Below, piece by piece: positions 1 through 9,359 of a stretch of 43,079 nucleotides of DNA. The stretch is from a virus. Taxonomy: Duplodnaviria > Caudoviricetes. The stretch covers positions 1 to 43,079 of the IMG/VR virus record IMGVR_UViG_3300043443_000068, one strand, 5' to 3'. The position numbers and the translations under genes are program-made. Position 1 is the stretch's first letter, and each line of letters begins with the position of its first letter. Under the pieces are notes generated by a model, which saw only the letters and a program-made list of their open reading frames with translations, ran no database searches and was not told where the DNA came from.

Positions 1-312
1 CCGTGGGAAGTCTGGGAAGCATACGACATGAATGGTTGGGAGGCTAGCGCAGTTAAGTATTTAATGCGCTGGAAAGACAAAGGTAAGCCACTAGAAGACC
101 TGTATAAGGCACTACACAATGTTCAGTATTTAATTGCACGTGAAGAAAGGAAACAACATGTACAAGCTCAAAAACGTGAAGGGCAGTCTGCCAAAATCTT
201 TGAAGGTGTCCTTCAGCAACTACAACAGCGCACGTTCAGCACTTCGGAAATTCATGAGGAAGCAAGCGTCCCTGAAGTCGGGGGAGCATCTACCGATGTA
301 CATCATTCGTAG
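1..312 (+). CDS. DUF3310-type (T7 gp1.7-like nucleotide kinase family) protein, 5'-truncated
   Basis: Frame open from base 1: PWEVWEAYDMNGWEASAVKYLMRWKDKGKPLEDLYKA matches the family pattern (P....KY..R...KG..EDL.KA). The C-terminal extension overlaps the next gene. Confidence 0.7.
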   Translation, partial: PWEVWEAYDMNGWEASAVKYLMRWKDKGKPLEDLYKALHNVQYLIAREERKQHVQAQKREGQSAKIFEGVLQQLQQRTFSTSEIHEEASVPEVGGASTDVHHS

Positions 313-343
313 TTTTGGCTACGACATTGTACGAGTAGCATAA
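158..343 (+). CDS. small basic hypothetical protein (61 aa)
   Basis: AAGGAAAC RBS before ATG158; ends at the terminator. Confidence 0.6.
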   Translation: MYKLKNVKGSLPKSLKVSFSNYNSARSALRKFMRKQASLKSGEHLPMYIIRSFGYDIVRVA

Positions 344-345
344 AG

Positions 346-368
346 AAAGGGGCCTAGCGCCCCTTTTT
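346..368. terminator. bidirectional intrinsic terminator between the convergent genome arms
   Basis: AAAGGGGC-CTAGC-GCCCCTTT hairpin with an A-tract on one side and a T-tract on the other, lying between convergent stop codons. Confidence 0.9.
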
Positions 369-919
369 TATTCTTTAATTTTTAGTTGTAATGTAGAGTA
401 TACTTCAGCCACTGTACGTGGCTTTTTTGTTTTCTTATCTTCAAAGATTGGTAGGTTAGCTTTATACTGACCTGGAGACACAACATCTTTGATTGATTTC
501 TTAGGAGAAGCAGCTAATAGCTTTTTCGCTCCATCAGCTCCTAGAAAATGTGCTGCATATAGCTGTGTATCTGTGGGGTCAGATCCAAGATATTGTTGTA
601 GTTGTTTCTTATTGTCTTCTGTAAACCTCTCAACTACTTGTCTTGATTTTTGGGGATCAAACCTATCTTCTAAACTAAACCCCAGACCATACTTCTTATT
701 GTAGTCTTTCCAAGTATTTTCTGTAAATTGATATAGACCTGCGGCACTACTAGTTTTAGCCTTAGCAGCAGCCATCCCACTACTTTCAGCCTGTGCTAGA
801 CGTTGATAGTAGTCTGGTTTAGCGGGTGGTTCAGCATTCGTAACTGTCCCAGAAGAGACGTTACTAGTAGTTGCACTACCTTTTCCGAGGAACTTTTGGA
901 AGTCTTCCCAAACACTCAT
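368..919 (-). CDS. virion-associated lytic transglycosylase (SLT/lysozyme-like fold)
   Basis: AESSG...SSAAGLYQF..TW motif and YAAHFLG; last gene of the internal virion block. Confidence 0.8.
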   Translation of the reverse strand: MSVWEDFQKFLGKGSATTSNVSSGTVTNAEPPAKPDYYQRLAQAESSGMAAAKAKTSSAAGLYQFTENTWKDYNKKYGLGFSLEDRFDPQKSRQVVERFTEDNKKQLQQYLGSDPTDTQLYAAHFLGADGAKKLLAASPKKSIKDVVSPGQYKANLPIFEDKKTKKPRTVAEVYSTLQLKIKE

Positions 920-920
920 A

Positions 921-3215
921 TTAGTTTCCGATCACATCTACGCCTTCAGCCTCTAGCTGAGATACGGCATCACTTACAGAAATTTTCTTCTCTGCTGCAT
1001 ACCTAGCTACATCAGCCATACTTGCTGTACGTTTCCCACCGCCAGTGATGCCTGCGTTAGCAGCAGGGGCTGCACCTGCAGCACGTTCAAATTCTGCAGT
1101 GAAAACATCACTAGGTAGAGCAGAGCCTTTGATGTCAAAGTTCTTAATAAAGTTTTGACGTAGCTGCTGAATGGGTGTGCCAGTAGTTAAAGACTGGACA
1201 CGTAACATGTCGTCTACAGCAGAAAGTACTTTGTTGCTTTCTACAGGTTCAGTTAGTGTTGCAATGTTTGCAGGAGGACCAGCACGTCCTACAGGACGAG
1301 GACGGTTGTCTGTGCGACGAGAGACGATTTTTAGTGGTGAAGCACCTGTTTCGTCAGCAAAAGAGTTGTCTGTGGTTTTACCTGCATTCAAGAACGTTTC
1401 GTTATCTCGCTTAAACTCTAAGAAAGCGTTCTTTGCTTTGTTGCCGTGCCCTGTTGTGCTGTATAACATGAAGTTAGCACTCTCATTAACAGACTTTACA
1501 ACACCTGCTTTGTCTGCCTCTGGAAGACGACTTAGTGTCTGACTAATGATTGACGTACCTTTAGCTAGTACCTGCTCTGTGTTTGCAGGGTCATGGAAAC
1601 TACTTGCAACATACTTAGCTAAATCTTCTGCTGTAGTACTAGTAACAGCGCCTGTAATAGCACCTGTGCGTAACTTCTCATGTAGCTGCTGGTTTACAGA
1701 AAGAGATGCTAAACGCTCGTTTTTAGTAGTAGGAGGTGGTGTTACCTGTGATACTTTGTACTTGTCAATTTGTCCCAGTAGGTTAGTAAACTCTTCTGTG
1801 GTAACTCCTGACAGCACTTTCTCGCGCAACATGTTTGCATGGTCAATGATAGCTGCAGCACGAGGATAACGCCCACGTGCAGTGTTATACCCTTGCGTAT
1901 CACCAGACATACCTAGCTGTGCAACTACATCAGCAGGAATGCCTAGGCTGCGCACCATGGTGTCTACAATGTTTAAACGCTTTTGAATAACAGTTTCTCT
2001 GTCATCCTTAGTTGCAACAGCAGTTAACCAACTGGCAGGATTCTTAGTGTAAAATTCGGTTTGCTCTTTATACCAAGCATCAAGAACCCCCTTAGCAGTT
2101 TTAACCTTATCTGCATCTGCTGGAGTTGTACGTGCTTTAGTGTTAAGTTTAGCCACAGCCTCAGTATATTGTGCATCTAGTAGTTGTAGCACAGACGTAC
2201 CTGCATCGGCAATGAGCTTTTTATAATCTGCGTTGTTTTTAACAGACTCAGGAATGTTTCCAGAAGCAATGTCTGCACGAGACAGCTTGAAAGTGTTCAT
2301 TAGCTGCGCATAAACTTTTGAGTTGTTTGCAATTAGAACGTTGCCAAAATCACCGACAGTAATTGTTGCAAAGTTAAGAAGTTGATTTCCACCAGCTTTA
2401 AGAGCAGCCTCTGCTTCTTCTTTAGATCGTGCTTGTTGTACAGAAGCATTGGCTAGTTCTAGCCGCTGATCTGGAGGTACGGCTTTAAACTCAGCCATTG
2501 CCTGTGTTTCACTAGCGCCACCTTTCACACGATCTTTTACGTAAGCTGCTAGCATTGCCTCTTGTGCTTTCTCAAAAGCCTTACCTGCTGCTTCTTTTTG
2601 CTTTTCGATGTAGTTTACATCTTCGTACAGCTTCTTTACAGAGTATAGTTCTAGTCCTTCTTTACCAGTAACTTCTAGAGCTACTTTACGAAACGCATTA
2701 GCAAGCCCTGGATTTTGTGTAATGTACTGCTTAAGAATCTTTTCTGACCGACTCATAAACTCATTGTAACGCTCAGGCACTGCGTCACGAGCAGCCGCTA
2801 CCTTTTGTTGCTCAGCACGAAAACGTGCAACAATTGCGTTTTCTTCTTTTTTAGCAAACGTTGTGGTTGCAGACCGCACAGCCTCCGGATCTTCTCCTGC
2901 TACTACTACACCACTACGGTACGCATCCACCCTAGATGGTATTTCACCCATTTCTTCTTCATAAGCAGCTTTTGCTGTAATGTCTGCTTGTTTAACAGCG
3001 TCCATTTCTGCTTGTAAAGAGGCTACTTGCCCTTGTAAATCTTCACGTAGTTCTGCTTTTTTAGAGCCTACATACACACCAAACATAGTGTCAGCAACTG
3101 TACCAAGCGTTGTGGTAGTAGCCTCTGCTTGTGCCCGCCCTGCCCTTGCAAGAAGTTCAGGGTTAGCCATCTGTGGTTCTACGCTACGCGTAATGTCTTG
3201 ACGATAAGTAGCCAT
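921..3215 (-). CDS. internal virion (ejection) protein
   Basis: 764 aa, Ala-rich and helical; follows the tail genes in podovirus gene order. Confidence 0.65.
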   Translation of the reverse strand: MATYRQDITRSVEPQMANPELLARAGRAQAEATTTTLGTVADTMFGVYVGSKKAELREDLQGQVASLQAEMDAVKQADITAKAAYEEEMGEIPSRVDAYRSGVVVAGEDPEAVRSATTTFAKKEENAIVARFRAEQQKVAAARDAVPERYNEFMSRSEKILKQYITQNPGLANAFRKVALEVTGKEGLELYSVKKLYEDVNYIEKQKEAAGKAFEKAQEAMLAAYVKDRVKGGASETQAMAEFKAVPPDQRLELANASVQQARSKEEAEAALKAGGNQLLNFATITVGDFGNVLIANNSKVYAQLMNTFKLSRADIASGNIPESVKNNADYKKLIADAGTSVLQLLDAQYTEAVAKLNTKARTTPADADKVKTAKGVLDAWYKEQTEFYTKNPASWLTAVATKDDRETVIQKRLNIVDTMVRSLGIPADVVAQLGMSGDTQGYNTARGRYPRAAAIIDHANMLREKVLSGVTTEEFTNLLGQIDKYKVSQVTPPPTTKNERLASLSVNQQLHEKLRTGAITGAVTSTTAEDLAKYVASSFHDPANTEQVLAKGTSIISQTLSRLPEADKAGVVKSVNESANFMLYSTTGHGNKAKNAFLEFKRDNETFLNAGKTTDNSFADETGASPLKIVSRRTDNRPRPVGRAGPPANIATLTEPVESNKVLSAVDDMLRVQSLTTGTPIQQLRQNFIKNFDIKGSALPSDVFTAEFERAAGAAPAANAGITGGGKRTASMADVARYAAEKKISVSDAVSQLEAEGVDVIGN

Positions 3216-3218
3216 TGA

Positions 3219-6200
3219 TTATTCTCCGAAAGGATTTGTTACTAGTAAACGATTTTTGTGTGAAGACATTTGAGTAGCCCACTTTGCAAACGCTTCTCGC
3301 CCAACTGTATCGTAAGAAGTGTTGTCTTTAATTAGACGTTTAATAAACTGTCTGTCAGCCTCAGGAAGTGGTCCCATAACAGCTTCTGCTGCTGCATAGT
3401 TTTTATTCATTCCGTCAGTGTCGCCGTCTAAATAAGCCTTACGAGCCAAACCTTCTAAACGCATTACGGCATCAGCATATCGCTGCATAGTTGCTGCGTA
3501 AGCTTGTTTAGTTTCAAACACTGTAGAGCTTTCATACGCTTCCGTGCTTTGGAAACCAATTGCTTGTGCAAACAATTCTGTCCACGACAGTTTAGCAAGA
3601 GGATCACCACGTCGGTTTAGAACCATGTTGTTAGCGTGGTAGGCCCAGTATGCTTTGTCAATGTTTCTCCATGAAGAAGATAGACTAGCACCAGCGGTGG
3701 ATAGTGTCTTAGCAAAGTCTGAAAGTGTCCATTCGTCTTTGTGCCGATAATCTAGGAAGATGTTAGGTAGTTCTAGAAGAGACACTAAAGTAGAGCCTGT
3801 TGGACCGGCTAACTTTTTAATGTCTACTTTATCTCCCTTAAACAAACTAAATACAGCATCTCCTAAGTCTTCATACCACTGAATAGAAGATAGTCGAGTA
3901 CCTAACGCAATGTTAGTACGTTCGCCAGTTACAGTTTCTCCAATTGTAGAAATTAAACCAGCTAGTAGACCTTGTGTTAAATACTGTTTTTGTTGTTCAC
4001 TAAGTACACCATTGAGCTTCTCACCCAACCAATCCTCAATAAAATCAGGTGTGGCGTTGTTATTAATACCATACAATAGGTAACTTCCTAGCGTTAGTCT
4101 GAACGCATCTTTAGTTGTTAAGGATGGCGCTTGTTTCCCCACTACTGCACTTGTTTGAGCTAGCAAAGTAGTACCAAGACGAATATTATGCTGTAAGAAT
4201 TGCAGGGGAATGCCTAGCACACCTTGGGATAGTCGTGCTTCATTAACAGAAGCCATGTTTAATGTTAGGTCATCAGCACGTTGTACAATAAGCTGTAGCG
4301 CACTATCGGTGTTCCAAGCAACTCCTGGATTAGCAGCAATGTATTCTCGACGTGCAATTTCAAAAGCACCCACACGGTTAATTTCTTCACCTTTGTTGAA
4401 GAACATCATTTGTGCTTGGTTAAACTTTGCTTTACGTTTAGCAAAAATATTTAGTGCACCATCCGCGCCATTGTATACAGAAGAAGCACCAATGTTGTCT
4501 AACAGACCAACACGTTTAATTGCCTCAGCAACTTCGGAGAACTCTGTTTCTGTAATTGCACCCTTTTTAGCTACGTCAGTATTTTTAAATACCCATTTCC
4601 AAACAGACGGCTTATCTGACGACAAAGCAATTAGAATAGGCCGAATAGAGAATGCTGCTGCTAAACCGTGCTTCGGACTCATGCTAGTGGCAAGAAGCAT
4701 TCCTGATGCCTGTACTGCAAGCTGTGCTGCTGAAAACATGCCTAGCATTAGTGTAGAGTTAACACTCTTAACCCAATCAATAACGTCTGTACGCCGAATT
4801 ACTTGGCCTACGTGTGAAAATCCTGGCACGTTAATATTATTGGTTAGACTGTTAACGGCGTGTTGAATCAACTTTTCATCTACACTTTTAACACCTAATT
4901 GTGTAACAATAAAATCTTTAGTTGCTAACATTTGTCGGGGTCGAGCATCTGATAGTGCGTAACCCTTTGCATTGTTAACTACGTTAAAGAAAACATCTTC
5001 AGCACTTTTTGCGCCTAGTTTATCCCTAGGTGAAATTACATCTTCAAAAGTATTGTACCAACGTTGAATAGCATTTCTACGCCATTCATTAAGGGCTGTG
5101 AAACGAGCAGTGTTGCTAATTTCTGCCTCAAGACTTTGTAATGGACCTAGAGTTTCAACATCTACACTTCCTGTAGAAATAGACTTAATTCCGTTTTCAG
5201 AACGACCTGACCAAAACACTTTACCATCTGCGAGATTGTCACTACCAATACCAGTAACGTCACGAAAAAAGTTATCGTCTACCCGCGAGTAATTGAAGGT
5301 AGCTTTAGCCCCATCGAATTCACCGTTATTAATACGCTGTGCTAGATCATCTGCATTTTTCTCAAATACACCGAGTAGTTTTGCTACATCATCTGCCTTA
5401 ACTAAAGCAGCAGAAGTACGAATATCTAGTAGTTTATTAAATCCAGCAACATAAGCAGCCGCATCTTTTTCAGATACAGCAGTTCTAAACGCATAGGATA
5501 CGTCTTGTAGATCGTCATCAATAAGTTGCTTACCGTTAATCTTAATAAAGAATTCTTCGGTATATACACGGCTATAAGCGCCATCTACACGGCCCACAAC
5601 AGTATTTACGTCGCCTATAGTAGCTCGATTAGGATCGACGGCTATACGTGTAATAGTGCCTTTATAATCACGTAGGTTTTGTCCTTTAGCATATTCATAA
5701 ATTTGAATACCTTTAGCATCTAAAGACTTAAGAACATCGTCCGTAACTGTTACGTAGCTTTTAGACTCTACATCAAATACGCGTTTACCACGCATACTAT
5801 CTAGCGACACAGGTTTAGCAGGTCCAGATAGTACGCCTAAATCGTCCATACCCACAACTACGTTATAATAACCACGTGCAGTTAGTGCGTTAGCGGCTTC
5901 TTTATTTTTAAGGTAGTATTCTACGTTACGCATAGTGCGGAACGCATAATATGCTTCAATTTCTTTATCTGCAGTAATACCTTTTTCACCTAGTTCTGCA
6001 AGCGTCATGTCTCGCTTAAGAACTTCAGTTTGTTTAAGAGCACTATTTACTTTGTCGATTTCGCCGCCATTCAGTTTATCAAAACTTTGACGAATAAAAT
6101 CAGCCTGCACCTTACCAAACCGCGTCTTCTTGTACATTGACAATAGAGCAGGACTATAAATTGAGTTAACTGACGATAGACGTGGATTTAATTTTCCTAG

Positions 6201-8576
6201 ATTTAAATGAATTTTATCTAGTTCTGACTGACTAATTTTACCAATGTCATCTACAAATACAGGCATGTCAGTTGTTTGCCGAACATAAAATCCTGTAGGC
6301 GCAGATTTCTTTTCCAGTTCAACAGATGCACGAGCGTACACGGCATCTTCGTATTGCTGTAAAAGATTGTCTGTCTTTTTATTAGGTAGATAAGCAGGAA
6401 ATACACGGTTAACATCTAACATAGAAACAACACCAGTGGGTGTTTCAATTTGTTTTGCTAGTGTAACTCGCAGTCCTTGTTTAGTTAGTTCTTCGTTAAT
6501 ACCAAACCACTCAGCAAGTGCAGTGTCTTTCTTTGCAAATCCTAGCAGATCTTTAAAAGTATCCCATAGTTGGCTTAGTAAAGTAGTGTTTTTATACGCA
6601 ATGCTATTTAGAAACACAGCTACTTTAGGCAACTGATTAATGGACCACAAACCAGACGTAGCAAACTCTTCAGTATTTTTAGTCAGGTAAGTTAGGTATC
6701 CTTTTAGTTCTTTGTCTTTTACTTTAGGAATTTCTTTAATTACGGCTGCACGTAGGTTGTCTAGTCTAGTAGTAATTTTACCTAGTTCACTACTTGGATT
6801 TAGCTTGCCATATTTAATTTTGTGCGACGTTACAGCATGAATAACCTCGTGCGTAAACACATTGCTACTACGATTACCATTGTACATTACTAGTACATCA
6901 GTACCCGGAGAATAGAAACTTACGTCGTCACCCTCTCGTACAATTACGCGGGTTTGCTTAGGAAGTAGATCTACAATTTTGTCTACTACTAGTTTTTCTG
7001 GCTCAGTTGCTGTAGCACGAACAGACGCCCACGCGTCTTTTACAGTTACAGTTTTTGAAGGATACGCAAGTTGTACATTGTTTGACGTAGCTGAAGCACG
7101 TACAGGCTCGTTTAGTAATGGAAACTGTTTTTTTACATCTTCTACAGTTCCAGAAGTACCAATTCGTGGAGCATATTTTACTTCATCAAGCTGTTTAGTT
7201 AGTGAACTAATTTGCTCATCAAGTTGTAATACAGCAGCGTCTACTTCGTCAGCTTTGCCAAAAGCAGGTACAACTTCTAACGTACCTTTTTTAATGTTTT
7301 TATAGTAATCAAGTGCTTCTTGTGCTGTAGCAAAGGGTAAACCAGCAGCATTACCGTATGTAACATCAATGCCTACTTTTCCAGTGTCTACGTTTGCCGA
7401 TACTTTACTAGTAACAATTGAAGGGTTGTTTTCTGTAGAATAGATGCGCTGCAGACGTTCTTTAGTAGCAATAATTTCAGAGGCGTTAGCGCCACCTGTG
7501 TACAAAGTACCTTCTAAGTCCTCAATTGTTTTCTCTAACCGATTGCGCAATTCTGTCTGTACACCAGAAGAAACTCCGTCTAGTTCTTTTGATAAAAGAG
7601 TGCGAGCAGATGTAGCAGCATCTACAGCTTCTATAGTGTTAACACCTAACGTATTAGTTTTGCTTGAAATTTGACTTGCAACACTATCTACAACGGCTTT
7701 TTCGGCACCTAGTTTACGCGCTAAAGCAACTCCACGTGTAGTATTGACAGCAACTTTTGCACCTGCTTTTAGTAGTGAACCAAGCATTAAAGCGTCCATT
7801 GACGCAAATACAGCATCTACGTTTGAAGAAGCAAAACCTTGTAGTGCAGATTCAAAAAATCTACGTGTATTTTTTTCACCAACAATTGGTGTCAAAATAT
7901 TGCTAATGTTATTAATAACTTTAGTTCGATCTTCTGGTGGAATAATGTTCAGTGTGTCTAAGAAAGCGTTTACACCAGATTGAAAAGAGAATGCACGATC
8001 ACCTGTGTATCCAAGTTTTTCTAGCTCTTGGTTTAAAATAGGTGTTAGTCGGCCTACATCTGCAAAGGATTGTACGCCAGTTATGTCCATGGCTAACTGA
8101 CCTAGAGTACTACGTTTATCGTAACTAGAAGCAGCTACTTCTAATGCTGCACGAGTAGCGGTATTTGAAGAGTAAATATTTGCAAGATTAATCACTTCTT
8201 CACGTGATTTTTTCATTGAAATACTAATACGCTCGATTACTTCTTCGGCGCTATCTTTTACATCGTCGTGAAAAGAAGGAGTTACTGGAGTAGTTTCAGC
8301 TTCTTGAATTTTACGAAATGCTTCTTCTACTGCAGGACCATTGTTTTGTTTTGCAAGTTCTAACGTAGCGTTTTTAAGCAGTAGTAGATTGTCTTGGCGA
8401 ACTAAACGTGCACGCTCAGCAGCAACATATGCTGGCCCCATAGTTGCTGTTTGCTGTGCTACTTGTTCTACTGTGTTGCTATCGGCACCTAATAGAACAG
8501 CCAAAGTATTGTTAACTGCAGGTACTGCAGCATAATCACGTTCTTCAGGTGTATCGTAGATGTTTAGTTCTTCCAT
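3219..8576 (-). CDS. large internal virion protein with an HExxH metallopeptidase-like domain
   Basis: 1785 aa; FTHEVIHAVT followed by EEFAT; position in the internal virion block. Confidence 0.7.
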   Translation of the reverse strand: MEELNIYDTPEERDYAAVPAVNNTLAVLLGADSNTVEQVAQQTATMGPAYVAAERARLVRQDNLLLLKNATLELAKQNNGPAVEEAFRKIQEAETTPVTPSFHDDVKDSAEEVIERISISMKKSREEVINLANIYSSNTATRAALEVAASSYDKRSTLGQLAMDITGVQSFADVGRLTPILNQELEKLGYTGDRAFSFQSGVNAFLDTLNIIPPEDRTKVINNISNILTPIVGEKNTRRFFESALQGFASSNVDAVFASMDALMLGSLLKAGAKVAVNTTRGVALARKLGAEKAVVDSVASQISSKTNTLGVNTIEAVDAATSARTLLSKELDGVSSGVQTELRNRLEKTIEDLEGTLYTGGANASEIIATKERLQRIYSTENNPSIVTSKVSANVDTGKVGIDVTYGNAAGLPFATAQEALDYYKNIKKGTLEVVPAFGKADEVDAAVLQLDEQISSLTKQLDEVKYAPRIGTSGTVEDVKKQFPLLNEPVRASATSNNVQLAYPSKTVTVKDAWASVRATATEPEKLVVDKIVDLLPKQTRVIVREGDDVSFYSPGTDVLVMYNGNRSSNVFTHEVIHAVTSHKIKYGKLNPSSELGKITTRLDNLRAAVIKEIPKVKDKELKGYLTYLTKNTEEFATSGLWSINQLPKVAVFLNSIAYKNTTLLSQLWDTFKDLLGFAKKDTALAEWFGINEELTKQGLRVTLAKQIETPTGVVSMLDVNRVFPAYLPNKKTDNLLQQYEDAVYARASVELEKKSAPTGFYVRQTTDMPVFVDDIGKISQSELDKIHLNLGKLNPRLSSVNSIYSPALLSMYKKTRFGKVQADFIRQSFDKLNGGEIDKVNSALKQTEVLKRDMTLAELGEKGITADKEIEAYYAFRTMRNVEYYLKNKEAANALTARGYYNVVVGMDDLGVLSGPAKPVSLDSMRGKRVFDVESKSYVTVTDDVLKSLDAKGIQIYEYAKGQNLRDYKGTITRIAVDPNRATIGDVNTVVGRVDGAYSRVYTEEFFIKINGKQLIDDDLQDVSYAFRTAVSEKDAAAYVAGFNKLLDIRTSAALVKADDVAKLLGVFEKNADDLAQRINNGEFDGAKATFNYSRVDDNFFRDVTGIGSDNLADGKVFWSGRSENGIKSISTGSVDVETLGPLQSLEAEISNTARFTALNEWRRNAIQRWYNTFEDVISPRDKLGAKSAEDVFFNVVNNAKGYALSDARPRQMLATKDFIVTQLGVKSVDEKLIQHAVNSLTNNINVPGFSHVGQVIRRTDVIDWVKSVNSTLMLGMFSAAQLAVQASGMLLATSMSPKHGLAAAFSIRPILIALSSDKPSVWKWVFKNTDVAKKGAITETEFSEVAEAIKRVGLLDNIGASSVYNGADGALNIFAKRKAKFNQAQMMFFNKGEEINRVGAFEIARREYIAANPGVAWNTDSALQLIVQRADDLTLNMASVNEARLSQGVLGIPLQFLQHNIRLGTTLLAQTSAVVGKQAPSLTTKDAFRLTLGSYLLYGINNNATPDFIEDWLGEKLNGVLSEQQKQYLTQGLLAGLISTIGETVTGERTNIALGTRLSSIQWYEDLGDAVFSLFKGDKVDIKKLAGPTGSTLVSLLELPNIFLDYRHKDEWTLSDFAKTLSTAGASLSSSWRNIDKAYWAYHANNMVLNRRGDPLAKLSWTELFAQAIGFQSTEAYESSTVFETKQAYAATMQRYADAVMRLEGLARKAYLDGDTDGMNKNYAAAEAVMGPLPEADRQFIKRLIKDNTSYDTVGREAFAKWATQMSSHKNRLLVTNPFGE

Positions 8577-8584
8577 ATGATCTC

Positions 8585-9067
8585 TTAGTATTTACCTGAA
8601 ATTGGCACTAGTGGTGTTTGTTTTAGTAGTGTTTCGTAACCATCCATACCACTAAAAATAGTACCGCCTATTTTACCAATAGAACCATAGATAGCAGCAT
8701 TACTAGTAGCTTGTGCACCTGCAAGAGCAGCAGAACCAATGGCTGTGTTCTGTTCAGCAATTTGTTGCATGTAGTTTAGGTTGCCTGCTAGCTGTGTGCC
8801 TACGCTAGCTACACCACCAGCCAAACCACTGCTACCCATGCCCCCTGTCTGTGCACCTACGTTAACCATAGACGCTTGTGCTAGGCGTGCCTCACGAATC
8901 TGCTGGCGAACAGAACGAATGTTTTGAATCTCAGCTTTACGAGATTCAGCAGCATATTGTCGTTCAGCAGCCCTGCCTGCTTTACGTTGTTCACTTGCAC
9001 TTGCAACAGTGCCTACAGCAGCAGTACCAGCAGCAATGTATGCTAATGTAACCGGGTCCATTCCCAT
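8585..9067 (-). CDS. internal virion protein (gp14-like)
   Basis: MDPVT start, Ala/Gly/Gln-rich; gene order. Confidence 0.65.
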   Translation of the reverse strand: MGMDPVTLAYIAAGTAAVGTVASASEQRKAGRAAERQYAAESRKAEIQNIRSVRQQIREARLAQASMVNVGAQTGGMGSSGLAGGVASVGTQLAGNLNYMQQIAEQNTAIGSAALAGAQATSNAAIYGSIGKIGGTIFSGMDGYETLLKQTPLVPISGKY

Positions 9068-9068
9068 A

Positions 9069-9359
9069 TTATTTCTCCGTAGAACAAGCCATTAAAAGAA
9101 CACCTTCATGTTCTTTGATAGGCGTAAAGCCAAACATTGTTTCAAACTTAATTAGTTTCTTATCGTCAGATGGAATAAGAACAAATACTTCTGTGTAGCC
9201 ACGTTCCCGTAATTCTTCTATAGCTACATACCAAGTATTTATACACTTTAAATATACACGCTTATTCCACACATGTACTTTAGCATGTGCAAACACTTTG
9301 TTTTCGTAATATTGAAAAGTTAGACTTCCGTCTTCATCTTCCCAAAATACGTCATACAT
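9069..9359 (-). CDS. GNAT-like protein (T7 gp13 position)
   Basis: Start overlaps the tail gene stop; KLIKFETMFGF resembles a GNAT C-terminus; gene order. Confidence 0.55.
   Translation of the reverse strand: MYDVFWEDEDGSLTFQYYENKVFAHAKVHVWNKRVYLKCINTWYVAIEELRERGYTEVFVLIPSDDKKLIKFETMFGFTPIKEHEGVLLMACSTEK

Noticed and set aside
489-8535. Many long antisense ORFs in the ORF track
   Set aside because: Shadows of real genes; no RBS or protein motifs
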